The position numbers and the translations under genes were made by a program. The notes below the pieces were generated by a model that made no database searches, was not told the origin of the DNA, and saw only the letters and a list, made by a program, of their open reading frames with translations. From positions 1 to 13,517 of the forward strand of contig JANRLD010000051.1 of NCBI GenBank assembly GCA_033762915.1: a DNA stretch of 13,517 bases, read 5' to 3'. Source of the DNA: Meiothermus sp. (lineage in GTDB: Bacteria; Deinococcota; Deinococci; Deinococcales; Thermaceae). This document shows, in pieces, positions 1-9,125 of this stretch (its first letter is position 1; each line of letters begins with the position of its first letter).

Positions 1-75
1 ACGGTACTTCGCGGGAAACACCAAGTGGTATAGCAGCACGCTGACGTTGTGGCTCTTTCGGACACTGCGGCTCAC
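1..75 (-). CDS. tnpA: IS200/IS605-family Y1 transposase TnpA, 5' end (runs off window)
   Basis: Manual minus-strand translation from GTG at 75 gives (M)SRSVRKSHNVSVLLYHLVFPAKYR, matching the IS200 TnpA N-terminal motif (K-S-H...L-x-Y-H-L-V-F-x-x-K-Y-R). Not in the ORF track. Confidence 0.9.
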   Translation of the reverse strand, partial: MSRSVRKSHNVSVLLYHLVFPAKYR

Positions 76-136
76 CGCATCAGCTTATACACAGATGAAC
101 GCCGCAAGCGGCGGGGAATCGGACCCACCAAAGGAA
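1..136 (-). mobile_element. Left end of IS200/IS605-family insertion sequence
   Basis: tnpA start; subterminal hairpin CGCCG-CTTG-CGGCG (100-113); GATT (117-120) at +17..+20 from the inferred end; TCAA (137-140) directly outside; SQR-like protein sequence stops at this point. Confidence 0.8.
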
Positions 137-642
137 TTGAACAAGTACTCATAGCCTGCGCCCATGCAGCTTGCGCCGGGCACCGCCCCGATCACCACCG
201 GGCCGGGATTCTCGAGGTAGCGCTGGAAGGCCCCGTAGGTCTGTTCGGCGTCGGGCGGGGTGAAGATGGAGTGCGAGTAACCCTTAGGACCCAGCCCCGC
301 AACCGCCTCCCAGTCCAGCTTGGCCCCGGTGGCAACCACCAGGAAGTCGTAGTCCAGCACCGAGCCGTCCGCGAGGGTGACCTGATTCTTCTCGGGGCTG
401 ACCTGGGTGGCCTCGCCGTGGATGAATCCGATGCCGCCCTTGCGAAAGGTGGACTCGGCGTCGAAGGTGATGTCGGAGAGCTTGCGCCGCCCGAAGGGAA
501 CCCAGATCAGCGAGGGGATGTAGACGAACTCCCGCTGCCTCGAGACCACCACAATCCGGGCCTCCTTGCCCAGCTTTCGCTTCAGCTCGAAGGCGCTGGT
601 CATCCCGCCAAAGTTCCCGCCCAGCACGAGAATGGTTTTCAT
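137..642 (-). pseudogene. sqr: Sulfide:quinone oxidoreductase (type I SQR-like flavoprotein), N-terminal ~168 codons, interrupted by the IS; the chimeric ORF reads on to a stop at 85
   Basis: AGGAGG RBS before ATG at 642; MKTILVLGGNFGG FAD-binding motif, YIPSLIWVP, YDFLVVATG, and GAVPGASCMGAGYEY resembling the catalytic-Cys motif of type I SQRs. Ends in the non-SQR tail SFGGSDSPPLAAFICV; full-length SQRs are about 400 aa or more. Confidence 0.8.
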
Positions 643-672
643 ACGTCCTCCTCTTTTCCGGCACTCTACAAT

Positions 673-687
673 TACCCCTGGGGGGTA
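673..687. promoter_or_regulatory. CsoR/CstR-family operator
   Basis: TACCCCTGGGGGGTA: a 15-bp TAC-C-tract/G-tract-GTA pseudo-palindrome 30 bp upstream of the sqr start. Confidence 0.7.
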
Positions 688-902
688 TGTAAGGGGCAGT
701 TGTCCTAGGAGGCGGCACAGGGCATCGGCTGGGGGCGGTCGGCAGACGTGCTGGGCGCTCGGGGCCGAGGGATGAAAACTTACCGCCTTTCCCACCGGTG
801 CGGCGCCCGCAAGAACCCCTCCTACGGGCCAGAATCAACTCGAGAACTGCGGCCAATCTGCGGGGTTAGCCCTTACTCCTGGCTTCAGGGGCGGCCCGCC
901 CT

Positions 903-1622
903 TCAGCGCGCATACCATAGCAGCTCGTCCCGCGCCGGCCCCGCGTAGCCCACCAGGTGAAACGTCTCCGTCGCCAGGCGGGTGCCGAACTTGTCCATGA
1001 AGTTGAGCACCGAGAGGGCCTGGGTGCGGTGCTGGGCCATGGCGCGGAGCTTTTGCAGCACCACCTCCAGCGGCAACTGGCGGAAGTGGTTGGGGGGGAG
1101 ATAGCCCTCGAGGTACTCCGGTATCGGCTTGGGCGCAGCGTAATAGAACAGCTTGATCTTCTGGCCCGACCTCTCCACGGCCTTCAGCACGAAGCGGTGG
1201 GTGGCCACGTGGTCGGGGTGGCGGTTGGAGCCGTTGGGCGCGAAGGTGATGACGGCGCGGGGTCGCAGGACTTCCAAGCGCCACAGCAACAGGTCGGCGA
1301 TCTCGGGGTGGTCGGCCACGCCGCTGGCGGTGGCGAAGCCATGCCCCCGCGCCTCGCCCTCACGGCTGGTGTTGGGCAGGCCGTTGGGGTAGTCGTATAT
1401 CTCGAGGTTGCCCACCCGCAGGATTTCCGCCGCCCGCCGCAGTTCCTCGGCCCGGAAGTCGCCCAGCTTTTCCGCCTCGCACAGGCCCAGGGTGCGCCCG
1501 GCCTCGCCCTTGGTCAGGGTGATGAGGCCGGTCTCGAGACCGCGCTCGGCGTATTGAATTAAGGTGCCGCCTGCACCGAACACCTCGTCGTCGGGGTGGG
1601 GGACGATGACCAGTAAATCCAT
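903..1622 (-). CDS. PIG-L/LmbE-family zinc deacetylase (BshB/MshB-like), 239 aa
   Basis: MDLLVIVPHPDDE, TLTKGEAG, R-x-x-E and HPDH motifs. ATG 1622 chosen because the domain begins there and TAGTAT lies 7 nt upstream. Confidence 0.88.
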   Translation of the reverse strand: MDLLVIVPHPDDEVFGAGGTLIQYAERGLETGLITLTKGEAGRTLGLCEAEKLGDFRAEELRRAAEILRVGNLEIYDYPNGLPNTSREGEARGHGFATASGVADHPEIADLLLWRLEVLRPRAVITFAPNGSNRHPDHVATHRFVLKAVERSGQKIKLFYYAAPKPIPEYLEGYLPPNHFRQLPLEVVLQKLRAMAQHRTQALSVLNFMDKFGTRLATETFHLVGYAGPARDELLWYAR

Positions 1623-1653
1623 GCTGTCTATACTACGCCGAACGCCCGAGTCC

Positions 1654-1692
1654 AAAAAACGCAACGCCCCCAGGGCCATCCCAGGGGCGCCG
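1654..1692 (-). terminator. Intrinsic terminator after the SRPBCC-PDZ-DinB gene
   Basis: Minus strand GGCGCCCCT-GGG-ATGG-CCC-T-GGGGGCGTT hairpin followed by GCG and T6. Confidence 0.65.
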
Positions 1693-1704
1693 TGCTGGGC
1701 GGGC

Positions 1705-2892
1705 TTAGCCCCGCGCCGCCTCGAGGGCCGTCCTGATCTGATCGAAGTGGTGGCGGGTGTGAAAGGCGTCGGCCTCGAATAACAGCTGCAACCGCGCCAC
1801 ACTGGCCCTGTGGGTCAGGAAGCTCTCGGGCAGGGCACGGATCAGCTCGAGGGTCTCGAGATAGGTGTCCTCGAGGGCCTGGATCAGCAGCTTGCTGCTG
1901 GGGAAGCGCTTGAGGGTGGCGGCCACCCGCGCCTCCATGTTGCCGGTGAAGACCTCGAGCTCCGTCCCCACAACCAGCGAGGCCAGCAGGGTCTGGTTGT
2001 CGCGCTCGACGTTGATGAGGTGGGCCACCACCTGGTTGGCGCTCCACTTTTCGGGGGCCGCCCTGTGCGCGGCCTGGGTCTCGCCGACGCCCAGGAAGAG
2101 CGCCTCGAGTTCCTTCATCAGCTTTGCCCGCTCCGGGGCCTGCTGGTCGGCCAACTCGGCAGGGTTGGCGGGGTGCGGGTGAAAGCGGCGCGGCTTTAGC
2201 TCCATACCAACTGTGTGCCTGTTGCCGTTGCGGTAGAAGACCGCCTCGATCCGGTCACCCACCTTACGGCGGGATAGCACCGGCCCAATGTCCTCGAACT
2301 TGGCGATCTCCGCCCCGTCCAGGCCCACCAGCACGTCGCCCCGCCGGATGCCCGCCTCCGCCGCCGACAGACCGGCCATCGTCCCGGAGATGAGCGCGCC
2401 GTGGCTTACCGGTAGATTGTGCTGTGCGGCGTTTTCGGCGCTGATGTTGCCGCCCAACAACACCCCCAACATCGGGCGGCCCAGCAGTTCGGCCTGGTGG
2501 CCGCGTTCCTGGGTAGTCTTGAGGTTGATCAGGGCGTTCTTCCAGAGCTCCTCGAGCTGCCCCGAAACCCTGCCCTTGAACTCCACACTAACCTCGGTCT
2601 GGTTCTTCTTCTCGCCGAAGCGCACCTCGACCCTACTGGGCTCGGGGTCGTCCTTGGCCTGAAAGCGGATCGAGATCAGCTTGTTCGGCTGCACCTCGAG
2701 GTACTCGCCCATTAGGTAGAACTTCTCCTGCCGCCAGTAGGCGTAGAAACGCCCGCCGGGGACTGCCTCGAGCTGGGCATCGTAGCAGAACCACTCGCAC
2801 AGCCAAGTGGCGGTGGTGAAGGCCTGATAGACCTGCGCAACGGGGGCCTGAACCTTCTGCGAGAGCACGACTTCCTGGGCTTTGACCGACAT
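1705..2892 (-). CDS. Multidomain protein: SRPBCC/AHSA1-like domain + PDZ domain + DinB-like domain, 395 aa
   Basis: AGGAGG RBS before ATG 2892. N-term APVAQVYQAFT..L.EWF...PGGRF..G.YLEVQP (SRPBCC); middle RPMLGV..GALI..SAAEAGIRRGDVLVGLDG (PDZ); C-term EKWSANQVVAHL...HTRHHFDQI (DinB His motif). Confidence 0.8.
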   Translation of the reverse strand: MSVKAQEVVLSQKVQAPVAQVYQAFTTATWLCEWFCYDAQLEAVPGGRFYAYWRQEKFYLMGEYLEVQPNKLISIRFQAKDDPEPSRVEVRFGEKKNQTEVSVEFKGRVSGQLEELWKNALINLKTTQERGHQAELLGRPMLGVLLGGNISAENAAQHNLPVSHGALISGTMAGLSAAEAGIRRGDVLVGLDGAEIAKFEDIGPVLSRRKVGDRIEAVFYRNGNRHTVGMELKPRRFHPHPANPAELADQQAPERAKLMKELEALFLGVGETQAAHRAAPEKWSANQVVAHLINVERDNQTLLASLVVGTELEVFTGNMEARVAATLKRFPSSKLLIQALEDTYLETLELIRALPESFLTHRASVARLQLLFEADAFHTRHHFDQIRTALEAARG

Positions 2893-3119
2893 CAACAACC
2901 TCCTGGTTTTGTGCACTGAGCGCCAAGCGCCCAAGTTCCACGACGACTTTGTGAAAACCGCCCGGGGCACCACGGGCGCTGTACCGGGGGTTCCGCAATC
3001 CCACCGTGGCGATAGGCTCGGGGCGGGTTAAGGTCCGCCGCAAGGAAGGTACTGGCAAGATTTTTGGAGAGAGGGGCAGCTCTGCGATACCGCTGGTGGT
3101 TGGAGCTTGGGGACAGACT

Positions 3120-3135
3120 ATCGGTGGATGCCTAT
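3120..3135. promoter_or_regulatory. Putative operator copy (ATCG-N8-CTAT) abutting a -10-like TAGTCT (minus, 3115-3120)
   Basis: ATCGGTGGATGCCTAT matches the 4498-4513 palindrome at 13/16 positions. Confidence 0.5.
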
Positions 3136-3159
3136 TAGGGCGGTGATACTGTAAGGGCG

Positions 3160-3189
3160 AAAAGAGCTACCGACCTAGCGGTAGCTCTT
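3160..3189 (-). terminator. Intrinsic terminator overlapping the end of the 60-aa ORF
   Basis: Perfect 11-bp inverted repeat AAGAGCTACCG (3162-3172)/CGGTAGCTCTT (3179-3189) ending in TTTT on the minus strand; the stop codon sits in the loop. Confidence 0.65.
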
Positions 3190-3357
3190 GATCTTGGGCT
3201 GGAACCATAGCCTGAAGGGGGGGATGATGTTTAGCGCGGGTACAGCCCAGTTGTAGAGGCGTCGGCACCTCAGCCGGCGCTCGACCTCGGCCTCCTGGCG
3301 CAGCTGATCGGTGTGGGCCTTGGCCTGGGTCTCGAGTTGGTTTAGGTAGTTCAACAT
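3175..3357 (-). CDS. Small hypothetical protein, 60 aa
   Basis: AGGAGG 6 nt before ATG 3357, near-consensus promoter upstream and terminator at the end; MLNYLNQLETQAKAHTDQLRQEAEVERRL... Confidence 0.65.
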   Translation of the reverse strand: MLNYLNQLETQAKAHTDQLRQEAEVERRLRCRRLYNWAVPALNIIPPFRLWFQPKIKSYR

Positions 3358-3377
3358 AGCCAACCTCCTATATAAAT

Positions 3378-3406
3378 AGGATATAGGCGATTGGCTATAT
3401 TGTCAA
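3378..3406 (-). promoter_or_regulatory. SigA promoter TTGACA-N17-TATCCT with ATATAG-N8-CTATAT palindrome filling the spacer
   Basis: -35 at 3401-3406, -10 at 3378-3383, inverted repeat at 3381-3400; AT-rich island in GC-rich DNA. Confidence 0.8.
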
Positions 3407-3410
3407 TAGG

Positions 3411-4499
3411 CTATTTACTCGCACCCAGCACCAGCGCTTCGAACTCGGCCAGCGACCCACGGATGGCCTCGGTGTTGAGGCTGTAGATGGACTTGTTACC
3501 TTTCTTCTCAAGAGCAACCAGGTCGGCCTCTTTAAGCAGCTTGAGGTGGCCGCTTACGGTGGGCTGGCTGACCCCCAGTTGGGCCGCGAAGTCGCTCACG
3601 GTCAGGTCGAAGCCCTTATAGCGGGCGATCAGGGTCAGGAGCATCAGGCGGGTGGGGTCGGCCACGGCCTTGATGCGGTTCGCAGCGGCCTCCACACGGG
3701 CGGCGGTGTGGGCGTGGAAGCGCTCGCTCTGGATGCCGTAGCCGATGTAATGGGCCGACATGAAGTCGAAGTTAAATCCGCCGCCCGCCGCGAAGAACAG
3801 CGGCACCACCACCACTCGCCCCTTCTCCGCCGACTTGCGGATGTGCTGGGCGGATGACTCGAACTGGGTGAAGTGGTGGGTGGGCAGGGCCTCGAGCACG
3901 CTGCCGGTCTCCTCGTACTTGGCCAGGAAGGCCCGGGCGGCCCCCTCGGCTGCGGCGCGGCCCTCCTTCCGCCAGAAGGGCTCGAGCAGCGCCCAGAACT
4001 GCTCGAGCATCCGCCGGTAGCGCCCACAAAAGGCGGGGTCGCTGATGACCTCGAAGTGGTCCATCAGCGCGTCGTACATATGACGCTCCTTGTCGGCGTG
4101 GGGGCCCTTGAGGTTCTTGGTCTTGGCCAGCATTTTCTGGCGCGCCGCCTTCATCTGCGCCACCGCCTTGGCCGGAAGCTGCTCGAAGTCGGTAAAGAAG
4201 CGCTCGAGGCCAGGGTCGCGGGCGTATCCCCAATCGAACTCGGCCACCAAAGTAAACACGTCGAAGCCGTCGTTCTTGTCGCCGACCTCGGCCCGAAAGG
4301 CGCTGAGCTGAGCGACCAGATCGGCGTGTTTGGCGTACATCAGCTCGAGCCAGGGCAGCTCCGCCGCCCGGGCCTTGCTGTCGGGACGGCTGAGAAAGTA
4401 ATAGGCGTAGGCCATCTCGAGGGCCGGCGAGGCGATGACCGTGACCGGGGCCACATCGGTCTGCGGTGAGCTGAAGGTCAGAATGCCGGAAGATTCCAT
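3411..4499 (-). CDS. Transcriptional regulator with C-terminal ArsR/SmtB winged HTH and a large (~270 aa) N-terminal domain, 362 aa
   Basis: KAVADPTRLMLL...LTVSDFAAQLGVSQPTVSGHLKLLKEADLV...KKGNKSIYSLN. ATG 4499 chosen; extended -10 TGcTATCAT just upstream. Confidence 0.85.
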   Translation of the reverse strand: MESSGILTFSSPQTDVAPVTVIASPALEMAYAYYFLSRPDSKARAAELPWLELMYAKHADLVAQLSAFRAEVGDKNDGFDVFTLVAEFDWGYARDPGLERFFTDFEQLPAKAVAQMKAARQKMLAKTKNLKGPHADKERHMYDALMDHFEVISDPAFCGRYRRMLEQFWALLEPFWRKEGRAAAEGAARAFLAKYEETGSVLEALPTHHFTQFESSAQHIRKSAEKGRVVVVPLFFAAGGGFNFDFMSAHYIGYGIQSERFHAHTAARVEAAANRIKAVADPTRLMLLTLIARYKGFDLTVSDFAAQLGVSQPTVSGHLKLLKEADLVALEKKGNKSIYSLNTEAIRGSLAEFEALVLGASK

Positions 4500-4520
4500 A
4501 GGTCGATACCTATGATAGCA
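4497..4520 (-). promoter_or_regulatory. Autoregulatory operator CATAGGT-CGAT-ACCTATG overlapping the -10 box and start codon of the ArsR-like gene
   Basis: Perfect 7-bp arms at 4497-4514 with the same ATAG-N8-CTAT core as 3383-3398; TGcTATCAT at 4512-4520. Confidence 0.7.
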
Positions 4521-4671
4521 GATTGTGGCCGGGACGTAGCGCCTCGGCACACGGGTTTTAGGGCGCCGCACCCCGCCCTGCAGGCCGTTGTGAGCCTCGA
4601 GCAGACGAAGGCCAAGCCCGCCCCAGGCAAATTCACAAAACATAGCCCACGCATCCGGTAAGGTTGTGGAA

Positions 4672-5745
4672 ATGCACTGGCTCGGAGGGATGGCCTTTCA
4701 GGAGCTCAAACGTACGGTGTATTTTTGGGGACTGTGCTTCGGGGTTGTGGGGCTGATGTTTGTCTGGCTGCTGAACCCCGCCGACCCCTATGTGCGCTAC
4801 ATCAACCCCGCGTTGGCCCTGGTGTTCATTTACTGGTGTGTGCAACTGCGGCTATCGGCCCCCCTCGAGCGGATTGAGCAGCAGGTAGCAGTAGGGCTGA
4901 CGGTGGTGTTCAGCGGAAAGTTTCTCTTCTACCTGTTCGCCCCCGACCTGCGCGCTTCCTGGCTTGAGGTCGAGGACGCCTTCTGGAATCTGGCTTTTCA
5001 GATGGTGATTTTCTACATGGTGTTTGACGCCCGCCGGGGGGTCTGGATGGCGATGGGGGTGACGGCCTTTACCCTCGCGGCCGGGCTGTTTCGGTTTGTA
5101 CCCGAGGCCGTGGCGGGCCAGCCCAACGAGCTATTTCAGGCCTTTATCCGGGCCGAGATTCGCCTGTTGTGCATGGGGCTACTGCTCTACGTGATGGCCC
5201 GCATCAAGGATCGCCTGATCCTGGTCAGCCGCCAGATGGAGCACAGCGAGATGCTGGCCCGCACCGACGCGCTCACCGGCTTGGCCAACCGGATGGCGAT
5301 CTCCGAGACCCTCGAGGTGGAAATCCTCAAGCCCGAGGGGCTATACGCGGTGCTGCTGGACATCGACCACTTCAAGCGCATCAACGACCAGTTCGGCCAC
5401 GCCGTGGGGGATCAGGTGCTGCAAGAGACGGCCCGGCGGCTGCGGGCCAAGCTGCGCAAGGGCGACTCGCTGGGGCGCTGGGGCGGCGAGGACTTTCTGC
5501 TGCTGATGCGGGCCGATCAGGTTTTGGGGGTGGTTCATGCGGTGGAGCGCCTGCGCGAAGCCGTAGCCGCACTGCCCTTCGAGGGGGTGGGGACGGTGAC
5601 CGCCAGCTTCGGGATTGGCCAGGCCAGCATCGACAACACCAGCCGCAGCCTGCTCCACCGCGCCGACACGGCCTTGTACAGGGCCAAGAACTCTGGAAGA
5701 AACCGCGTGGAAGTAGACACCCAGCCGGCCGTTCCAGCCGGCTGA
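4672..5745 (+). CDS. Membrane-anchored GGDEF-domain protein (diguanylate cyclase-like)
   Basis: About 6 hydrophobic N-terminal segments; TDALTGLANR, LLDIDHFKRINDQFGHAVGDQVL, RKGD..RWGGEDF, TASFG, ADTALYRAKNSGRNR. Start 4672 preferred over GTG 4666 because TAAGGT lies 7 nt upstream. Confidence 0.9.
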   Translation: MHWLGGMAFQELKRTVYFWGLCFGVVGLMFVWLLNPADPYVRYINPALALVFIYWCVQLRLSAPLERIEQQVAVGLTVVFSGKFLFYLFAPDLRASWLEVEDAFWNLAFQMVIFYMVFDARRGVWMAMGVTAFTLAAGLFRFVPEAVAGQPNELFQAFIRAEIRLLCMGLLLYVMARIKDRLILVSRQMEHSEMLARTDALTGLANRMAISETLEVEILKPEGLYAVLLDIDHFKRINDQFGHAVGDQVLQETARRLRAKLRKGDSLGRWGGEDFLLLMRADQVLGVVHAVERLREAVAALPFEGVGTVTASFGIGQASIDNTSRSLLHRADTALYRAKNSGRNRVEVDTQPAVPAG

Positions 5746-5820
5746 GCCGGGTGCGGCTTCGGCCACCCCCGGGCGCCCGCCTCGAGAGCCCCAGGGCGAA
5801 GGTTTTCATCCAACAAGCCC

Positions 5821-6338
5821 CTACTCCCGCCAGATATCCCAGTGTTCTTCCAGTTTGTCCAGCTGTTCTTTGCCGTACCCGCTCTGACGCAAAAGGGCAA
5901 TGATCTGGCCTCTGTGGTGGCTGTCGTGAACAATGTTTTGCAGCAAAAAGTGTGCGGGGCTCGATGGGTATGTGCCCACCTTCCACGGGTCGGCAAAGGG
6001 CTGGCCGGAAGCCAGGTGCGCCTGTACAGCCTGGGTAGCCGCCTCGTCGCCTGTTTTGAACATGGCCTTTATCGCCGCCCGGTCGTTGGTCTGCCATGCC
6101 CAGATAGACTGCTCACCCACCAGGGCCTTGGTAGAGGCGGCGTACTCGGGCGACATGTCCACCAACCAGCCGCCGCGAGACACCGCCATGTGGCTCAGCA
6201 TGTGGGCCACCGTCATCCCGCCTTTCCCGTCCGAGAGGGCCAGGTCTTCGTCGGTGAGGGCGTCCAGAAGGAACTCGGTCACGCGGGCGTTGCGCTTAAA
6301 GGCTTCCAGGATTAGATCAAGGCTCGTCATCGCTCCCA

Positions 6339-6339
<1 letters not shown>
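5821..6339 (-). CDS. DinB-superfamily protein
   Basis: GMTVAHMLSHM...HDSHHRGQI..LLRQSG His pattern; ATG overlaps the pgm stop (TAATG), suggesting translational coupling. Confidence 0.85.
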
Positions 6340-7982
<1,643 letters not shown>

Positions 7983-8038
7983 AGGGGCTCCTCTTGGGGC
8001 GAGTTTACCCGCAAGGCAGCACGGCGGCAATGCCGGGC

Positions 8039-8434
8039 TCAGGCGCAGAAGAGGACGTTTTGTCTTCCGTCCCTGACCACGGTGATGTTGCCGTTTTTGT
8101 TCCCGTCCGCAAACTCAAAGCCGAACACCAGCGTGTCGCCCACCACCTTACCGGAGTAGACCCCCGGCTTGACTTCTCGCGGCGGGACCCCCGGCCCCTC
8201 CACCGGATAGCCCTGGGTGTAGGTTCCTGTCACCCTAAACTCCCCTCGAGCGTCCGGACGCACCGGCTGGTTGATGGTTCCATTGGCGCAGCCGTACACG
8301 ATGGTTCCACCTTGCTCGGTCAGCCTGAGCTCAGCCTCGATGCTCCGCCAGACCCCCGTAAGGGGTGAGGCCGGAAGACTCGAGCCGCCACACCCCGCCA
8401 GCACCAAGACTACCCACCACCCGGCTGTCCTCAT
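8039..8434 (-). CDS. Putative lipoprotein, 131 aa
   Basis: [15 protein letters not shown] signal peptide with LAGC lipobox; beta-rich mature part with two more Cys; TAGACT 6 nt upstream of ATG. Confidence 0.7.
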   Translation of the reverse strand: MRTAGWWVVLVLAGCGGSSLPASPLTGVWRSIEAELRLTEQGGTIVYGCANGTINQPVRPDARGEFRVTGTYTQGYPVEGPGVPPREVKPGVYSGKVVGDTLVFGFEFADGNKNGNITVVRDGRQNVLFCA

Positions 8435-8480
8435 ACCCTGAGTCTAGCTCGAGACCTACCGGCAAACCCTGATGACCCCC

Positions 8481-8978
8481 TTAAGGCTGCGCAGCCTCCG
8501 ACAGCCCAGCGATAGCCTCCAGCTGAGCCAGGTGGTTCAGGTCGTGGCCCGCCAGGAACCCGACCAGCGTGCGCAGGCTCTCCCACTCCCCGCGTCCGGG
8601 GTGGTAGTAGGTGCGCTCGAGCTGCTCCTCGCTGAGGCCCGCGATCAGGGCCAGGTGCCAACGCCGCAGTCCCTTGAAGGCGTGCAGGGCTTGCGTCATG
8701 GACACATCGCTGTAGAGCCTGGCCCAGTCGTCCTGCTCGAAGGGCTGGACGGTGTGGTTATCCTCGGACAGAATCTGCCGGATGCGAAACCCCATCCCCA
8801 GTTCGCAGTCGGCCAGATGACAGAGGATCTCTCGAGCCGTCCACTTCCCCTCCGCGTAGCTGAGTTCAGGGTTCAACCGAGGGGCCAGGGCCTCGATGCG
8901 CTGCAGGCTCTCCTGCATAGACTCCACGGGGCTGCGGTCACCGACTAGGCCGAGCATGCGCTGGAGGTAGGGGTTCAT
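8481..8978 (-). CDS. DinB/YfiT-family protein (bacillithiol-transferase-like fold), 165 aa
   Basis: YAEGKWTAREILCHLADCE...FEQDDWA...HDLNHLAQL typical of DinB_2/YfiT. Confidence 0.88.
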   Translation of the reverse strand: MNPYLQRMLGLVGDRSPVESMQESLQRIEALAPRLNPELSYAEGKWTAREILCHLADCELGMGFRIRQILSEDNHTVQPFEQDDWARLYSDVSMTQALHAFKGLRRWHLALIAGLSEEQLERTYYHPGRGEWESLRTLVGFLAGHDLNHLAQLEAIAGLSEAAQP

Positions 8979-9125
8979 GACGACAGTTTAGCGGTTGAAG
9001 GCCGGCCTCCCAAACAAAAGGCACTCAGGACTTGACGTTTAGCGGTCGGCAAAAAGTCACCCGCCAACCGCAAACGCCCGGTTTTCCTTCCCCTTTCAAC
9101 CCTCAACGGGTAGGCTAATCCCACT

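Noticed and set aside
76..136. IStron (group I intron-IS hybrid) that could splice out of sqr
   Set aside because: Only about 60 nt lie between the left end and tnpA, too short for a group I ribozyme.
643..795. Extended N-termini in the ORF track (starts at 795, 1802, 2973, 4643, 8030, 12211)
   Set aside because: Downstream ATGs have an RBS or -10 box and coincide with domain starts; the extensions cross operators, terminators or other genes.
700..900. Possible sRNA or small ORF (748..948) between the PIG-L gene and sqr
   Set aside because: No RBS-supported ORF or recognisable RNA motif; only weak GC hairpins.
3139..3148. TATCACCGCC (minus), resembling a lambda operator half-site
   Set aside because: No second half-site and no phage genes; chance match.
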